From Chloroflexota bacterium (GTDB lineage: Bacteria; Chloroflexota; UBA11872; VXOZ01), in the NCBI GenBank assembly GCA_965221905.1, contig OZ244922.1:544001-608000 (forward strand): DNA of 64,000 bases, written 5' to 3'. The notes under the pieces are model-generated. The model did no database searches. It had not been told where the DNA came from and saw only the letters and a list, made by a program, of their open reading frames with translations. Positions 38,232 through 48,154 of this stretch are shown here, piece by piece. Each line of letters starts with the position of its first letter. Position 1 is the first letter of the stretch. Made by a program: the position numbers and the translations under genes.

Positions 38232-39248
38232 CTATCGAGTCTTGCCCTCCTCGCTGTCAATGCTAATCTGCTCGTCCGTATGCTCTTCTTCCGTTGTCCC
38301 GGTACTCACGGCGGAAGTGCTTTCCTGCTCGCGATTTCGCCGGAAGAGGCCAAATAATCTCCCGAGCAGACGCTGCGTGTGGGTGCCGCTGCTGGGGCGC
38401 AGATGGTGAGCCGCGGCCTCCAGATACGGCTGGCTGATGCGCTGCAGGTAGGCCGGTACGCCTTCGGTGCGGATTGTGCTCAGGGAGTCACGATAGAAGG
38501 AAAAGAGGTGCACGTTGCCAAGCTGTATGCCCGCCTGAATTGCGCCGGCGGCGACCAGCGATGAAACGACGAGCAGCGAGCGGTCCTGTTCGGCTGCCGC
38601 TTTATTCATTTCCGTGAATATCTGAGTGAGGCGGCGCGGATCGGGCAGCGCTTCTGCATTCTGTCGAAACTGACTGAGACTGGTGCGCATCTCATTGAGG
38701 GCCAGCGGCGGAATGTCAATCGTGTCGGCCATTTGGCCGGACGTGCCTCCCAGCGCTGCCAGCAAGTCATCAACGGAGGAGACGTCCGCGTCCGCTGCCA
38801 ATACGCCCGAGCTCTGAAGCTCTTTGACAAAGGTGTCCAAGTAAGCGCGCGTGCCGCCGGTAACGTCGGCAGCCGCCGCCAAAAGCCACAGGGGCGACCA
38901 GCCCACCGCCACCACGCTCGCCAACTCCACGGCGTTGCCCGCCAGCTTGCGCACGGCGAGGTCTTTCACCGCCAGCGAATCGGCAGACTCCTCGCCTGCG
39001 ACACCGCCCACAAACTCGATGACAATACGCAGCATGCGGCCAATGGTTGATTGATAGAGCTGGGAGCGCCGCAACGGCGGCGGCAATATGAACTCCGAGG
39101 TCTCGTGCACCAGCCCGCCCGCGCCGACTGCGGCGGTGCGCACCAGCCGCTCCGGCAATGTTGCCGCATACTTACCGGCGTCTAGTGTGCCTTCCTGCAA
39201 GCGCTCCGCGACCGTTGGCCCGGGAGTTGGTTCCGGTGATGCATTCAT
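38232..39248 (-). CDS. Hypothetical protein
   Basis: Long ORF with host-like codon usage (LPERLVR, SPLWLLAAAAD); no family recognised. Confidence 0.7.
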   Translation of the reverse strand: MNASPEPTPGPTVAERLQEGTLDAGKYAATLPERLVRTAAVGAGGLVHETSEFILPPPLRRSQLYQSTIGRMLRIVIEFVGGVAGEESADSLAVKDLAVRKLAGNAVELASVVAVGWSPLWLLAAAADVTGGTRAYLDTFVKELQSSGVLAADADVSSVDDLLAALGGTSGQMADTIDIPPLALNEMRTSLSQFRQNAEALPDPRRLTQIFTEMNKAAAEQDRSLLVVSSLVAAGAIQAGIQLGNVHLFSFYRDSLSTIRTEGVPAYLQRISQPYLEAAAHHLRPSSGTHTQRLLGRLFGLFRRNREQESTSAVSTGTTEEEHTDEQISIDSEEGKTR

Positions 39249-39959
39249 CTCTTCAACCTGCCCTTTGCAATGCTGGCGCCTTATTGGTCTTCCCCACATC
39301 GGTTCCCGTCTATACACTAATTATCCTACCACGAGCGGAACGCGGAGCCGATTGGGTCTTACATTAGGCAATTGCATGTGAGGGTTCTATTGACCTGTGC
39401 ATCCGTAGGAGCGGATTCGATTGATGTCATTTGGTGTCACCTGGTGTCATTCCTGTAGGTGTCAGGTAATACGATGGCAGATTTTCAATAAAGAGAAGAT
39501 AAGCGAAGCGTCGTGCATGCCTTGTACACGTGTCATTCCGAACGGAGCGCAGCGCAGAGAGGAATCTAAAGTGCTGAGCCTATTGGACTAGGTGAGACAT
39601 GGACTCCAGATCCCGCCCCGTGTTTCGCACGGGGCCGCTGCCCGCTCGTAATGACATAACCGGTCAACGCTGCCTGGTGGAAAGCGAGTTCTGTCAACGA
39701 ATTATTCAACATTTACAATTCCGAGAGCAGAGAGGGATTTACAATATCTTGCCCATAAGCAATTCCGCATGCTTGGAGATAGCATAAGGCCCCCTTTTCA
39801 ATTCAAGTACCATACAAGCGTCGACAGTGAGGCGCAATGCCGTTCGTGCTTAGCACAGGCTTGCCGCAGCATGAACGGCCGTTCCGCCCGGCAATGTATA
39901 ATCGTAGACAGAAATCCATAGAATCCAGCCGCATTACAGCAAAAAAGAGGTAGGCCGCT

Positions 39960-40781
39960 ATGGCAGCAGGCGCCGCTAGCCACACCGCAACCACACAGTC
40001 GCTCCGCGAGCAAGGGCTCGACGGTACCCCGCTACACGGTACGGTGGTGATCGATAACCACTGTCACATCGGTCCCGCGCCGCACTTCTACCAGACCTTC
40101 AACGACGCCGCGGGCATGGTGCGCACCATGGACCGCGTGGGCATGGACCAGGCGTGTATTTTTTCCTCCATGGCTATCTTGCTCGACATGCGCGGGGGAA
40201 ACGACATCAGCCTGGATGCCGCCCGGCAGTTCCCCGATCGGCTCCTGGCCTACGGCGTGCCGGACCCCCACGAGGCGGACTTGGTCAGGGACGAGTTGCA
40301 GCGCTGCCTGGATGCGGGCGCGGTGGGCATCAAGCTGCATACGGGCACCGCCAACTATCCCTTCGACGGCCCCGGCTATCTGCCCGCGTTCGAACTGGCC
40401 GACGCCCACCGTCTGCCGCTCATCAGCCACGGCGTGGGTACGCCCGATACGCTGCGCCGCATCGCGCGAGATTACCCTGGCGGTCACTACATCGTGGCCC
40501 ACGCAGGCGGCGGCAGCCCCAGCAAGAGCAGGGACTTGGTGCAAGTGGCGGCTGAGGAACCGAACGTCTACCTGGATACGGCAGCTTCCGTAGGCTACCT
40601 CGGCGACTTCACCGAAATGGTGCACATCACCGGCGCGAACAAAATCCTCTACGGCTCCGATATGCCCTGGACCTGCGCCACCTACCAACTCGGCCGCGTT
40701 CTCCTATCCCCCATCACCGACGACGCGAAGCGGCGCATCCTCGGCGAGAACTTGGCGGAACTATTCAAGACCAAGTGCTAG
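39960..40781 (+). CDS. Amidohydrolase_2 family metallohydrolase
   Basis: IDNHCH, GIKLH, IVAHAG, NVYLDT, ILYGSDMP. Confidence 0.9.
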   Translation: MAAGAASHTATTQSLREQGLDGTPLHGTVVIDNHCHIGPAPHFYQTFNDAAGMVRTMDRVGMDQACIFSSMAILLDMRGGNDISLDAARQFPDRLLAYGVPDPHEADLVRDELQRCLDAGAVGIKLHTGTANYPFDGPGYLPAFELADAHRLPLISHGVGTPDTLRRIARDYPGGHYIVAHAGGGSPSKSRDLVQVAAEEPNVYLDTAASVGYLGDFTEMVHITGANKILYGSDMPWTCATYQLGRVLLSPITDDAKRRILGENLAELFKTKC

Positions 40782-40898
40782 GAAGATGTGTATTCTACGC
40801 AGAGCACTCCATACTTCTATTGGTGTCCTTTGTACCCGACATAGGTTGTTAGGAGCCTTCAAGTGCTGCAAAGTGCGGGCTAAAGCACTGACTCGAAT

Positions 40899-42017
40899 TC
40901 ATATTGCATGGGCCTCAATGCTCATTGCTGTAAGTATTGGACACTCAGCCCAAGCCCTTTCGAGTGTGACGATGTCTGTAATTACGCGTGGTAGGCCTCG
41001 TCCAACCCTGGGTAATGAATTAGTGAGTTCAAAGGACTCGGTATAGCCATCGGCACCCGGCAAGAGTAGCATATAGTCAAAAACACGAAGCTGACGTTCT
41101 CGCAAGACTAGTACTGGCGGCGCTTTTGGATACCCCAGACCTGTTGCCGCTCCGAATTCGATTTTCGGGTTCTTGTTGCTAGGACTATAGACGCATGGCC
41201 GTACCTCAACAGAGGATCGTGCACCATCTTTCCCAACTTGAGAAAGGTAAACCCGCTGCGCCTCGTAGTTCGAAATGCGGAAGTAATCTCGAACGACGTT
41301 AGCGTTGAAGTGAACCTGAGACCAGCGGGCACCCGCGCGTGGGACCTGGGCAATGAGGATGCGGTCCAAAACTGCCATACCATCTGTGCGGGGCAAAGGC
41401 GGAGGTCTTAGGCGCCGAGATGGCATTGTAAAAGAAACGTTCCCTGCTCGTTTCCCATGATTAATCCGTCTGATTAGGTTTTGCTCAGCTCGCTCCAATG
41501 CCTGACTATCAATCGACCTAATTGCCTCCGTATGTCGTGCAAAAAACTCATCAAGCGCTGAAACATCGATAGCTTCTCCCTGTGCTCCAGAGATAATCGT
41601 GTAGCCTTCAATGTTGTTCATTAGCCCGCCCGGCGTAAGGTTCCCCGATCCAACGATTAGCCTCCGGCCTCCACCTGGGTATGTGAAATCGGATATCTTT
41701 GGGTGAAACAGAGAGACAATTTCGTTCCAGAACACTCTTGGTCTAAAGTGCTTGTGGAGCTTCTCCAATGCTTGAAGACGTTCCAATGTTTGTCGGTTTG
41801 TAATTGCATCTAGACCTACAAGGAGGTCAACTTGCCCATCGCCGTGCAAAATTTGCTTGATGATTGGATCCTCAAACAGCCAGTTTACTCCATCTTGTGA
41901 TGCAAACGCGTACACACCTCGCCAAGCAGTTGCACCCTTTGCAGCCTCAACTATGGCTTCATAGAGATAGGTGGTGTCAGTGTATGTTGGGTCTTGAATG
42001 CAGAACTCGATTTTCAT
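40899..42017 (-). CDS. Phospholipase D-family restriction endonuclease (NgoFVII/BfiI-like)
   Basis: Single HxK motif FHPK...IVGSGNLTPGGL..NIE; C-terminal putative DNA-binding domain; downstream of two MTases. Confidence 0.82.
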   Translation of the reverse strand: MKIEFCIQDPTYTDTTYLYEAIVEAAKGATAWRGVYAFASQDGVNWLFEDPIIKQILHGDGQVDLLVGLDAITNRQTLERLQALEKLHKHFRPRVFWNEIVSLFHPKISDFTYPGGGRRLIVGSGNLTPGGLMNNIEGYTIISGAQGEAIDVSALDEFFARHTEAIRSIDSQALERAEQNLIRRINHGKRAGNVSFTMPSRRLRPPPLPRTDGMAVLDRILIAQVPRAGARWSQVHFNANVVRDYFRISNYEAQRVYLSQVGKDGARSSVEVRPCVYSPSNKNPKIEFGAATGLGYPKAPPVLVLRERQLRVFDYMLLLPGADGYTESFELTNSLPRVGRGLPRVITDIVTLERAWAECPILTAMSIEAHAI

Positions 42018-42055
42018 ACCTTGCTCTTCGCAGCAGTACTGGGAGTTACGTAATG

Positions 42056-42964
42056 TCAGTCCGTGTCAAAGTCTGTATGATTGTTCAAGTTGACTACTTG
42101 CTCAATGCCCGCCGTTAATTCACTATACACCTTGGCTTTTTGCCCCTTCGGTCTCATATTGCCCGGTTTGGCGAACACCAAGACGTACTCATGTACGTTC
42201 TTGAATAGGAAGTTAGGAGGATACGGATAGCTCCCAAATATCGGCCTCTGTGAACCATGTGAACCCCACCTGCCTCCAGATCCGTCCTTAGACCATATGA
42301 TCTCGGTTATCATTAGGAACCCAATGTCACGCAACAAGATTGCGAAGTCCGTGGACAAAGGGAAGGTCAATAGACCATGGTCTGTGTACTGATTGACATT
42401 AGCAATAACTACGCAGATTTTGCGACCTGGCATCAAGACACGAAAGCATTCCTCAAAGACTAGGCGAACGTTTTGGAGAAACAATGCGTAGTTGTCTATG
42501 TCTCCAAGGTTACTGCTAGATTGTCCGTAGTCGGCCTTATTCCAGTAAGGAGGACTTGTCACGACAAGTCCTATACTACCGTCATCAATAAAGCTTAGAT
42601 TGCGGCTGTCCCAGGTCACCGCTTCAAGTACTGTTGAGTTGTGAACACAGTCCCGCTGTAAATCCTCACAGTCCCTGACAATTGTTTCCACGTAATCTGG
42701 GTTTTGATCTATGCAGATCGCATTTCGCCCTATGGGGATAACAGCTCGCGCAGTAGTGCCTGTTCCAGCGAATGGGTCCAATATCGTCTCTCCGTGGAAA
42801 CTAAACAACCTAGCCAAACGATACGGTATCTCCACGGGGAATACAGCCGGGTGCTCATCGCTTCTTGTATTCGCTATAGTCCAAACAGTCTTTGTGTACT
42901 CTCTCCATTCTGCTTTGGTCAGCTTGCTCTTTTCCTTGATGAAATGGTTGGGTCGATTCGTCAT
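42056..42964 (-). CDS. N4-cytosine/N6-adenine DNA methyltransferase with permuted motif order
   Basis: HPAVFP, DPFAGTGTT (motif I) precede TSPPYW (motif IV), IIWSK, HEYVLVFAK. Confidence 0.88.
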   Translation of the reverse strand: MTNRPNHFIKEKSKLTKAEWREYTKTVWTIANTRSDEHPAVFPVEIPYRLARLFSFHGETILDPFAGTGTTARAVIPIGRNAICIDQNPDYVETIVRDCEDLQRDCVHNSTVLEAVTWDSRNLSFIDDGSIGLVVTSPPYWNKADYGQSSSNLGDIDNYALFLQNVRLVFEECFRVLMPGRKICVVIANVNQYTDHGLLTFPLSTDFAILLRDIGFLMITEIIWSKDGSGGRWGSHGSQRPIFGSYPYPPNFLFKNVHEYVLVFAKPGNMRPKGQKAKVYSELTAGIEQVVNLNNHTDFDTD

Positions 42965-42974
42965 CTTTGGGCCC

Positions 42975-45014
42975 TTATTCTAAAGACTCTGGGGCAGTGT
43001 TGTTTCGGAGTCTAGCTGCTACCGTATACTCAGTGAATTGTTGGAGTTCGTCGACGAAATTGCCGCTTAGCCCTGCAATATCGATTAGCACCTTGTCCGC
43101 AGATCGCCGCATGTCAGTATACCAATTCGAATTGTAGGCAAGTGAAGTGCGGCCACGATTAAGGCTCAGCGTCGGATTGGACTTCATAGCAGACCAGAGT
43201 CTGGTACCACTTCCAGATAGCAGGTCAATGTGTGGCTGGTCCAACATGTCGTTACCATAAGGAAAGTGAGCGATGAACCGCTTCAAGACATGGAAGCCAT
43301 CGCCGTGTGTGTGCCACCACCAATATGCGAGATTGCTGGTCAGAATTGCAAATACTGCGAATGCAACTTTGGAAGTTGCACACATTACAGCGTGCAATTG
43401 GCTTTCGGAGAGTTGCCGCTCGCTCTCGAGTACTCTTGGCGGAGGGCTTAGAAAAACATTAATGAAATTGTACGCGGTAGGGCCAACAAAGACGATGTTG
43501 TTTGCAGCAAGAGTGGTATCGGCCAACCTGTAACGCCCAATGCCACAAACTGCATGTTTAAGGCGATGCCATCTAGCGTTAAGGGTGGCTAAAGCGGATG
43601 CTTGCTGTAAACCTTCAACTCTCGGTATGCCTGCTGTTATTTCACTGGGTATTGGAGTAAACTCAATTCTCTGAAACAATGTTGACCGGCTTTCCCCTCG
43701 CCACCTCCTTAGCGGCCCGCTAGCGATCACTGGTTTCGTGCTCAACACATCCTTGTCCCAGAAAACAATAGCATTTCGGGTTTTGACGTCTTCTCCGAAT
43801 AATGCTTGGGGTTCCCGGTCGAAGAACGCAAAGCGCCATCGACCCATAGTTTGCTGAATCAAGCTTCGCGCAGCGACGAACTGAGGCCCAATGCTAGAAG
43901 CTATTGAAATTGGCAGGACGAGCGACGCGGCGCATTTATCTTTGTTAGCCAGACGTATCATCTGCTCTATGAAGGCAACGTAGACTTGTGCGTTGGGTTG
44001 GGGTTTGGCCTCAAGTGTCTTGAATGTTTGTTCTAAGTTTCTTTGATCAGAACGCTCTCCAACATCCGCGTATGGAGGATTCCCAACGATGACAGTTGGC
44101 GCGTCCTCTATCGCTGGAAACAAATCACTCAAGGAAACTCTGTCATCGCCGACTGAGCTCTTCTCACAGTTGTCTGCTTCGTTCTTGATCGGATCCACTA
44201 GAAGGGCGTCCACGCAGCCTAGGTTTAATCCCAGTCTCCGCCACTGGTCTATGGGCCTAGTCTGTTCTCCTTCTCCATAGATCAGAATATCCGCGAGCAA
44301 AACAAAAGCAGAAGCATGCAGAGGCCACAGAGCTATGTCCGTGCCGTATATACGTTCTCTAGCCAAAGTAGACGCGCTAGCCTCAGTTTGGCGTCTTAGC
44401 AATTCTCTCAGAGCTGCCCTTAGAAAGACTCCGGTGCCGCATGCAGGGTCGTACACTACCGGCGCATCACAATCTTCAAAGCAATCCAGGCAGCCCTTAA
44501 CCATGTATTCGGCAATGTCGGCCGGCGTATAAAAGGCCCCATCTGCACGCTTTTGTGCTCTTGCTCTGCTAGTTGTAGGGTCACGTCTTACGCTGCGTCT
44601 GCTACCCGGACCGTATGGATCAAGAAGATAGGGAAGCAGTTCTTTACAGACGCTCAAGTCCATCGCTCTTGGGAGGAATCTTTCAGCTTCACAGAGCTGC
44701 TTTGCAGACAACAAGCTCGTTGATCTGGAATGGCCCCGCCCACCAACAAACCATTCCTCAGCTTCTCTTAGTGTCGCCTTAGTATGAAGGCGTTTTGTCA
44801 CCACACCAGTAAGCCACATGGACACAATTCCCCATGCAGCCAACTCTATATCCTTTCGAGCTGGAGCAAATGCCGAATTGGAATGACGAGATGGCAGCAG
44901 TACCTCGCTCTGCCAGCATTGCTCTTCTCGCCCAAGCGGTTCGGACAATGCACGGACAGCTTTGCGAATGGATTCACTATATCTACTTGCGTCTGAAGTC
45001 ACCGCACCTTTCAT
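42975..45014 (-). CDS. Gamma-class N6-adenine DNA methyltransferase (Eco57I/TaqI-like)
   Basis: GAFYTP, DPACGTGVFL, GNPPY, LFGEDVKTRNAI. Confidence 0.88.
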   Translation of the reverse strand: MKGAVTSDASRYSESIRKAVRALSEPLGREEQCWQSEVLLPSRHSNSAFAPARKDIELAAWGIVSMWLTGVVTKRLHTKATLREAEEWFVGGRGHSRSTSLLSAKQLCEAERFLPRAMDLSVCKELLPYLLDPYGPGSRRSVRRDPTTSRARAQKRADGAFYTPADIAEYMVKGCLDCFEDCDAPVVYDPACGTGVFLRAALRELLRRQTEASASTLARERIYGTDIALWPLHASAFVLLADILIYGEGEQTRPIDQWRRLGLNLGCVDALLVDPIKNEADNCEKSSVGDDRVSLSDLFPAIEDAPTVIVGNPPYADVGERSDQRNLEQTFKTLEAKPQPNAQVYVAFIEQMIRLANKDKCAASLVLPISIASSIGPQFVAARSLIQQTMGRWRFAFFDREPQALFGEDVKTRNAIVFWDKDVLSTKPVIASGPLRRWRGESRSTLFQRIEFTPIPSEITAGIPRVEGLQQASALATLNARWHRLKHAVCGIGRYRLADTTLAANNIVFVGPTAYNFINVFLSPPPRVLESERQLSESQLHAVMCATSKVAFAVFAILTSNLAYWWWHTHGDGFHVLKRFIAHFPYGNDMLDQPHIDLLSGSGTRLWSAMKSNPTLSLNRGRTSLAYNSNWYTDMRRSADKVLIDIAGLSGNFVDELQQFTEYTVAARLRNNTAPESLE

Positions 45015-45630
45015 AAATACAACCCTTCAAGAGATTGACACGGTTCGACCTGAATTCTTTGAATGAAGTTTGGTGCTAATCAATTGGCTTTCGACAACTG
45101 GAATTTGATGCCTGTACCATAATAATAGAATAGAGGAGTCTGCGTTGGCTAAGGTCAGGCGCGAACTTGGTCTCTGCACCGCAGCTCTGCCTAGCGACTG
45201 AATATTGGGAGTAGCTGAGCCCCGGAGTAGCGAGGGGCGGTGATAGAGATTCTGTTGCCCAAAAATGATTTAGACTTCTATGCGCTCTACTCACTGTCTC
45301 GCGCTTCTTGGGCAAATTGGCTTTGGGAAGTGTTACCTAACCAATGCTAGCCATAGTAGCTTAGAGCGACAAGCACGGGTAATTCTTGGAATCCCACTGA
45401 TTTGAATAGTGCATTCTCCAAAGTCGAGTCTGATTCACATCTTTGGGAATGTGTTCTGAGTTGATGGGTTTCTTCAACGCCACATTCCGTGCTGCCAGAG
45501 GCACCTATGGCGAAGCCTTTGGTGTGTGGTTGGGGCATTAGCTCATTGTCGTCATAGAGTTCGCGAGCTATGTGGCAGTGCGCCATGCCATGAGACAAAT
45601 CGGTCCTCAACCGCAGTAAGGTAGTGAAGT

Positions 45631-45861
45631 ATGGGATTGAAGAACATAGACTTAAGCGCTAACGAGCTCTTGATCGAGGCCGCCATAAGTCGGGCTGCGG
45701 CGGAGGGGACGAGCTTGGACGCGCTGTTTCGGCAGTGGCTTGCGGAGTATGTTGGGCGCGAGCGGCAGGCGGATGCGGCAATGGCGGCTATGCGTGAGTT
45801 ACGCGAGGACATTGCCACTGGAGGACGCACGTTCACGCGGGATGAGATGAACGAGCGCTAG
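45631..45861 (+). CDS. VapB-like antitoxin without its toxin
   Basis: KNIDLSANELLIEAA...EGTSLDALFRQWL RHH-like N-terminus; GGRTFTRDEMNER C-terminus typical of PIN-toxin partners. Confidence 0.7.
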   Translation: MGLKNIDLSANELLIEAAISRAAAEGTSLDALFRQWLAEYVGRERQADAAMAAMRELREDIATGGRTFTRDEMNER

Positions 45862-46044
45862 TGATTGAACAGGCATAAACGCGTTAGTCTGCCGTTCAAG
45901 AATAAGGCCGGTCAAAGAGAAGATAGATTCCCGCGAAAGCGGGAATGACGGATTCATAGGGTCTATTCTTCAAACCCCTGTAGAATCCTATTCTCGGGAG
46001 TTACAATGCAAGACACGTGTTCAACTATTCGACAGGAGCATTTC

Positions 46045-46416
46045 ATGGAACTCGGGGCGTTTTCGGTTAGTTTAGCGGTGGCGGATATTGAGGCTTCGCG
46101 GGGGTTTTATGCGAAGTTTGGGTTTGAGGTGGTGGGAGGTGATGCGGCGCAGAATTGGCTGATCCTCAGGAATGGTACAACCACCATCGGTCTCTTTCAG
46201 GGCATGTTCGAGCAGAACATTCTCACCTTCAATCCGGGGTGGGACGGCCAGGCGCAACCGCTGGAGTCGTTCACGGACGTGCGCGAGTTGCAGCGGCAGC
46301 TCAAGGCGCAGGGCGTGACCCTCATGAACGAGGCCGACGAGGATACCACCGGCCCGGCAAGCTTCGTGGCAGTAGACCCGGACGGCAATGCCATTCTGGT
46401 GGACCAGCACGTGTAA
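46045..46416 (+). CDS. VOC/glyoxalase family protein
   Basis: [34 protein letters not shown]; AGGAG SD. Confidence 0.9.
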   Translation: MELGAFSVSLAVADIEASRGFYAKFGFEVVGGDAAQNWLILRNGTTTIGLFQGMFEQNILTFNPGWDGQAQPLESFTDVRELQRQLKAQGVTLMNEADEDTTGPASFVAVDPDGNAILVDQHV

Positions 46417-46541
46417 GGTCCTGCACGGTCCAAACAATTCTTTGGCGCAGTGAGGCAATGATTAACAAATATCGGCCTTGCCCCCGTATCAAGTACGGGG
46501 CAGGCTCGGACTATGCAAATTGACTCTTAAGGGACCCTACC

Positions 46542-47600
46542 TCAGGAAAGCACGAATGCCAAGTAGACCTGCGCATGCCCCGATATGTCGGAGGTGTAGA
46601 CCACAGCGCGGCCATCGGGGGTGAATGACGGGTGGGGGTGCGACCACTGGGGGCCGTAGGCGTCGTCGGGCGCGGTCTCGCCTGCGTATGGCTCCGGTTC
46701 CGACCACTGGAAGCCTTGCGAGGAAGCCTGCGGGTGGCAGAGCGTCTTGCGCGCGCCGGTTGTCGGATCGATGAGTTGCAGTCCCACGTCGGGCAGGGTG
46801 GTATCGCACACGATCTGCGCTCCGTCGCGGCGGGGCGCGGGATGCCAGCAGTTGAACGCCGCTACGTCCCGTTCGCCGCTGCCGTCGCGCCGGATGGCTT
46901 TCAGCGCGTGGGGCCAATAGGTGAAGATTATCTCGTCGTTCGACAGCCAAGCCTCGTGGGTGATCCACTCCTGACGGGTCTGCGCGCGCAGCGGTCGCGC
47001 GTTGGAACCGTCGACTTCTACCAGCCACATGCGCGGCATGTCCGAGGAGAAGAGCACCGTGCGTCCATCGGGACTCCACTGTGCGTGAGCCACAAATTGA
47101 TCGGTGGCAAACAGCACACGTTCGCCGCCGCCATCGGTGCGCACCGCCAGGATAATGTTCTTGCCGTCCTTCTGGGCGGCCAGCAGGATTTCCGAGCCGT
47201 CGGGGCTGATCGAGCAGTTGCCGAGCCACGACGAGGGGGGCAGGTTCGTGAGCACCGTTTCTTGCAGGGTGGTGGTGTCAACAGCGCGTAACTGCGTGGC
47301 AGCGGCGTAGTACACGTGCCTGCCGTCGGGTGATACGCACGCCGACCACGCGGAAACGTCGCCGCTTGTCGTAAGCTGCCGCAACGTGCCGTCAGGCAAC
47401 TGGATGCCGTAGAGATTGGGCGCGCCGGCGCGGTACGACGTGATGATGAGCATGTCGTGGTTCGCGCCAGCCCAGGCCGGATTGAGAAAGTACGGCGCGT
47501 GATTCACACAGGGCGCGTTGGTCAATTGCCAGATAGCGGCGCCGGTTTGCTTATCTTGGAGTACCCGCTTTTCGGTGGGTAATTGCGTGGCTATGCTCAT
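46542..47600 (-). CDS. Oligogalacturonate lyase-like / TolB-like beta-propeller protein
   Basis: TGAAIWQLT, HAQWSPDG, THEAW, HPHPSFTPDG..VVYTSD. Confidence 0.75.
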   Translation of the reverse strand: MSIATQLPTEKRVLQDKQTGAAIWQLTNAPCVNHAPYFLNPAWAGANHDMLIITSYRAGAPNLYGIQLPDGTLRQLTTSGDVSAWSACVSPDGRHVYYAAATQLRAVDTTTLQETVLTNLPPSSWLGNCSISPDGSEILLAAQKDGKNIILAVRTDGGGERVLFATDQFVAHAQWSPDGRTVLFSSDMPRMWLVEVDGSNARPLRAQTRQEWITHEAWLSNDEIIFTYWPHALKAIRRDGSGERDVAAFNCWHPAPRRDGAQIVCDTTLPDVGLQLIDPTTGARKTLCHPQASSQGFQWSEPEPYAGETAPDDAYGPQWSHPHPSFTPDGRAVVYTSDISGHAQVYLAFVLS

Positions 47601-47710
47601 GTTCACTCCTCTTTTGTTTCTTTCCTGGTTCGTAGTTGCCAATGCAAGAGATTACCCTTGCGCGACATTGTCTAACAGGCGGGATGAGACTTGGGTCGGC
47701 CAAGAGGTGC

Positions 47711-48054
47711 CCTCACCCCGGCCCTCTCCCACGGGGAGAGGGTGCAATCGGTTCCTCTGAAGCGGCCAATTCGCTGAATTCAGACTTACTGTAACTTTTT
47801 TGGTAGATGACATTTTTGTGTCCCTGCCGAACCGTTGGAGTGTTGGGGAGATCGACTAAAGTCACCCTCACCCCGGCCCTCTCCCAGCGGGAGAGGGAGC
47901 TATCGGTGCCTCTGAAGCGGCCAATTCGCTGAATTCAGACTTGCTGTCACTTTTCTGGTAGATGACCCTTTCGTGTCCCTGCCGAACCGTTGGAGTGTTG
48001 GGGAGATCGACTAAAGTCACCCTCACCCCGGCCCTCTCCCAGCGGGGAGAGGGA
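47711..48054. repeat. 155-bp tandem duplication delimited by three REP hairpins
   Basis: REP starts at 47711, 47866, 48021; intervening sequences near-identical. Confidence 0.9.
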
Positions 48055-48154
48055 GTTTAAAGTCCCACTCCGAAGGGAGTATCCGTGCGCAATCTTGGTA
48101 AGGGAACGGCCTTTGACGGAGGATGGATCCTAATGGAAATGCCTTCACTTGGAA

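Noticed and set aside
40899-45014. DISARM or BREX system
   Set aside because: No helicase, DUF1998, PglZ or ATPase genes.
45076-45610. Short ORFs upstream of the large methyltransferase (possible controller protein)
   Set aside because: No HTH or other motif recognised; treated as non-coding or decayed.
47711-48054. CRISPR array
   Set aside because: Spacers are ~120 bp and near-identical, repeats are dispersed REPs, and no cas genes are present.
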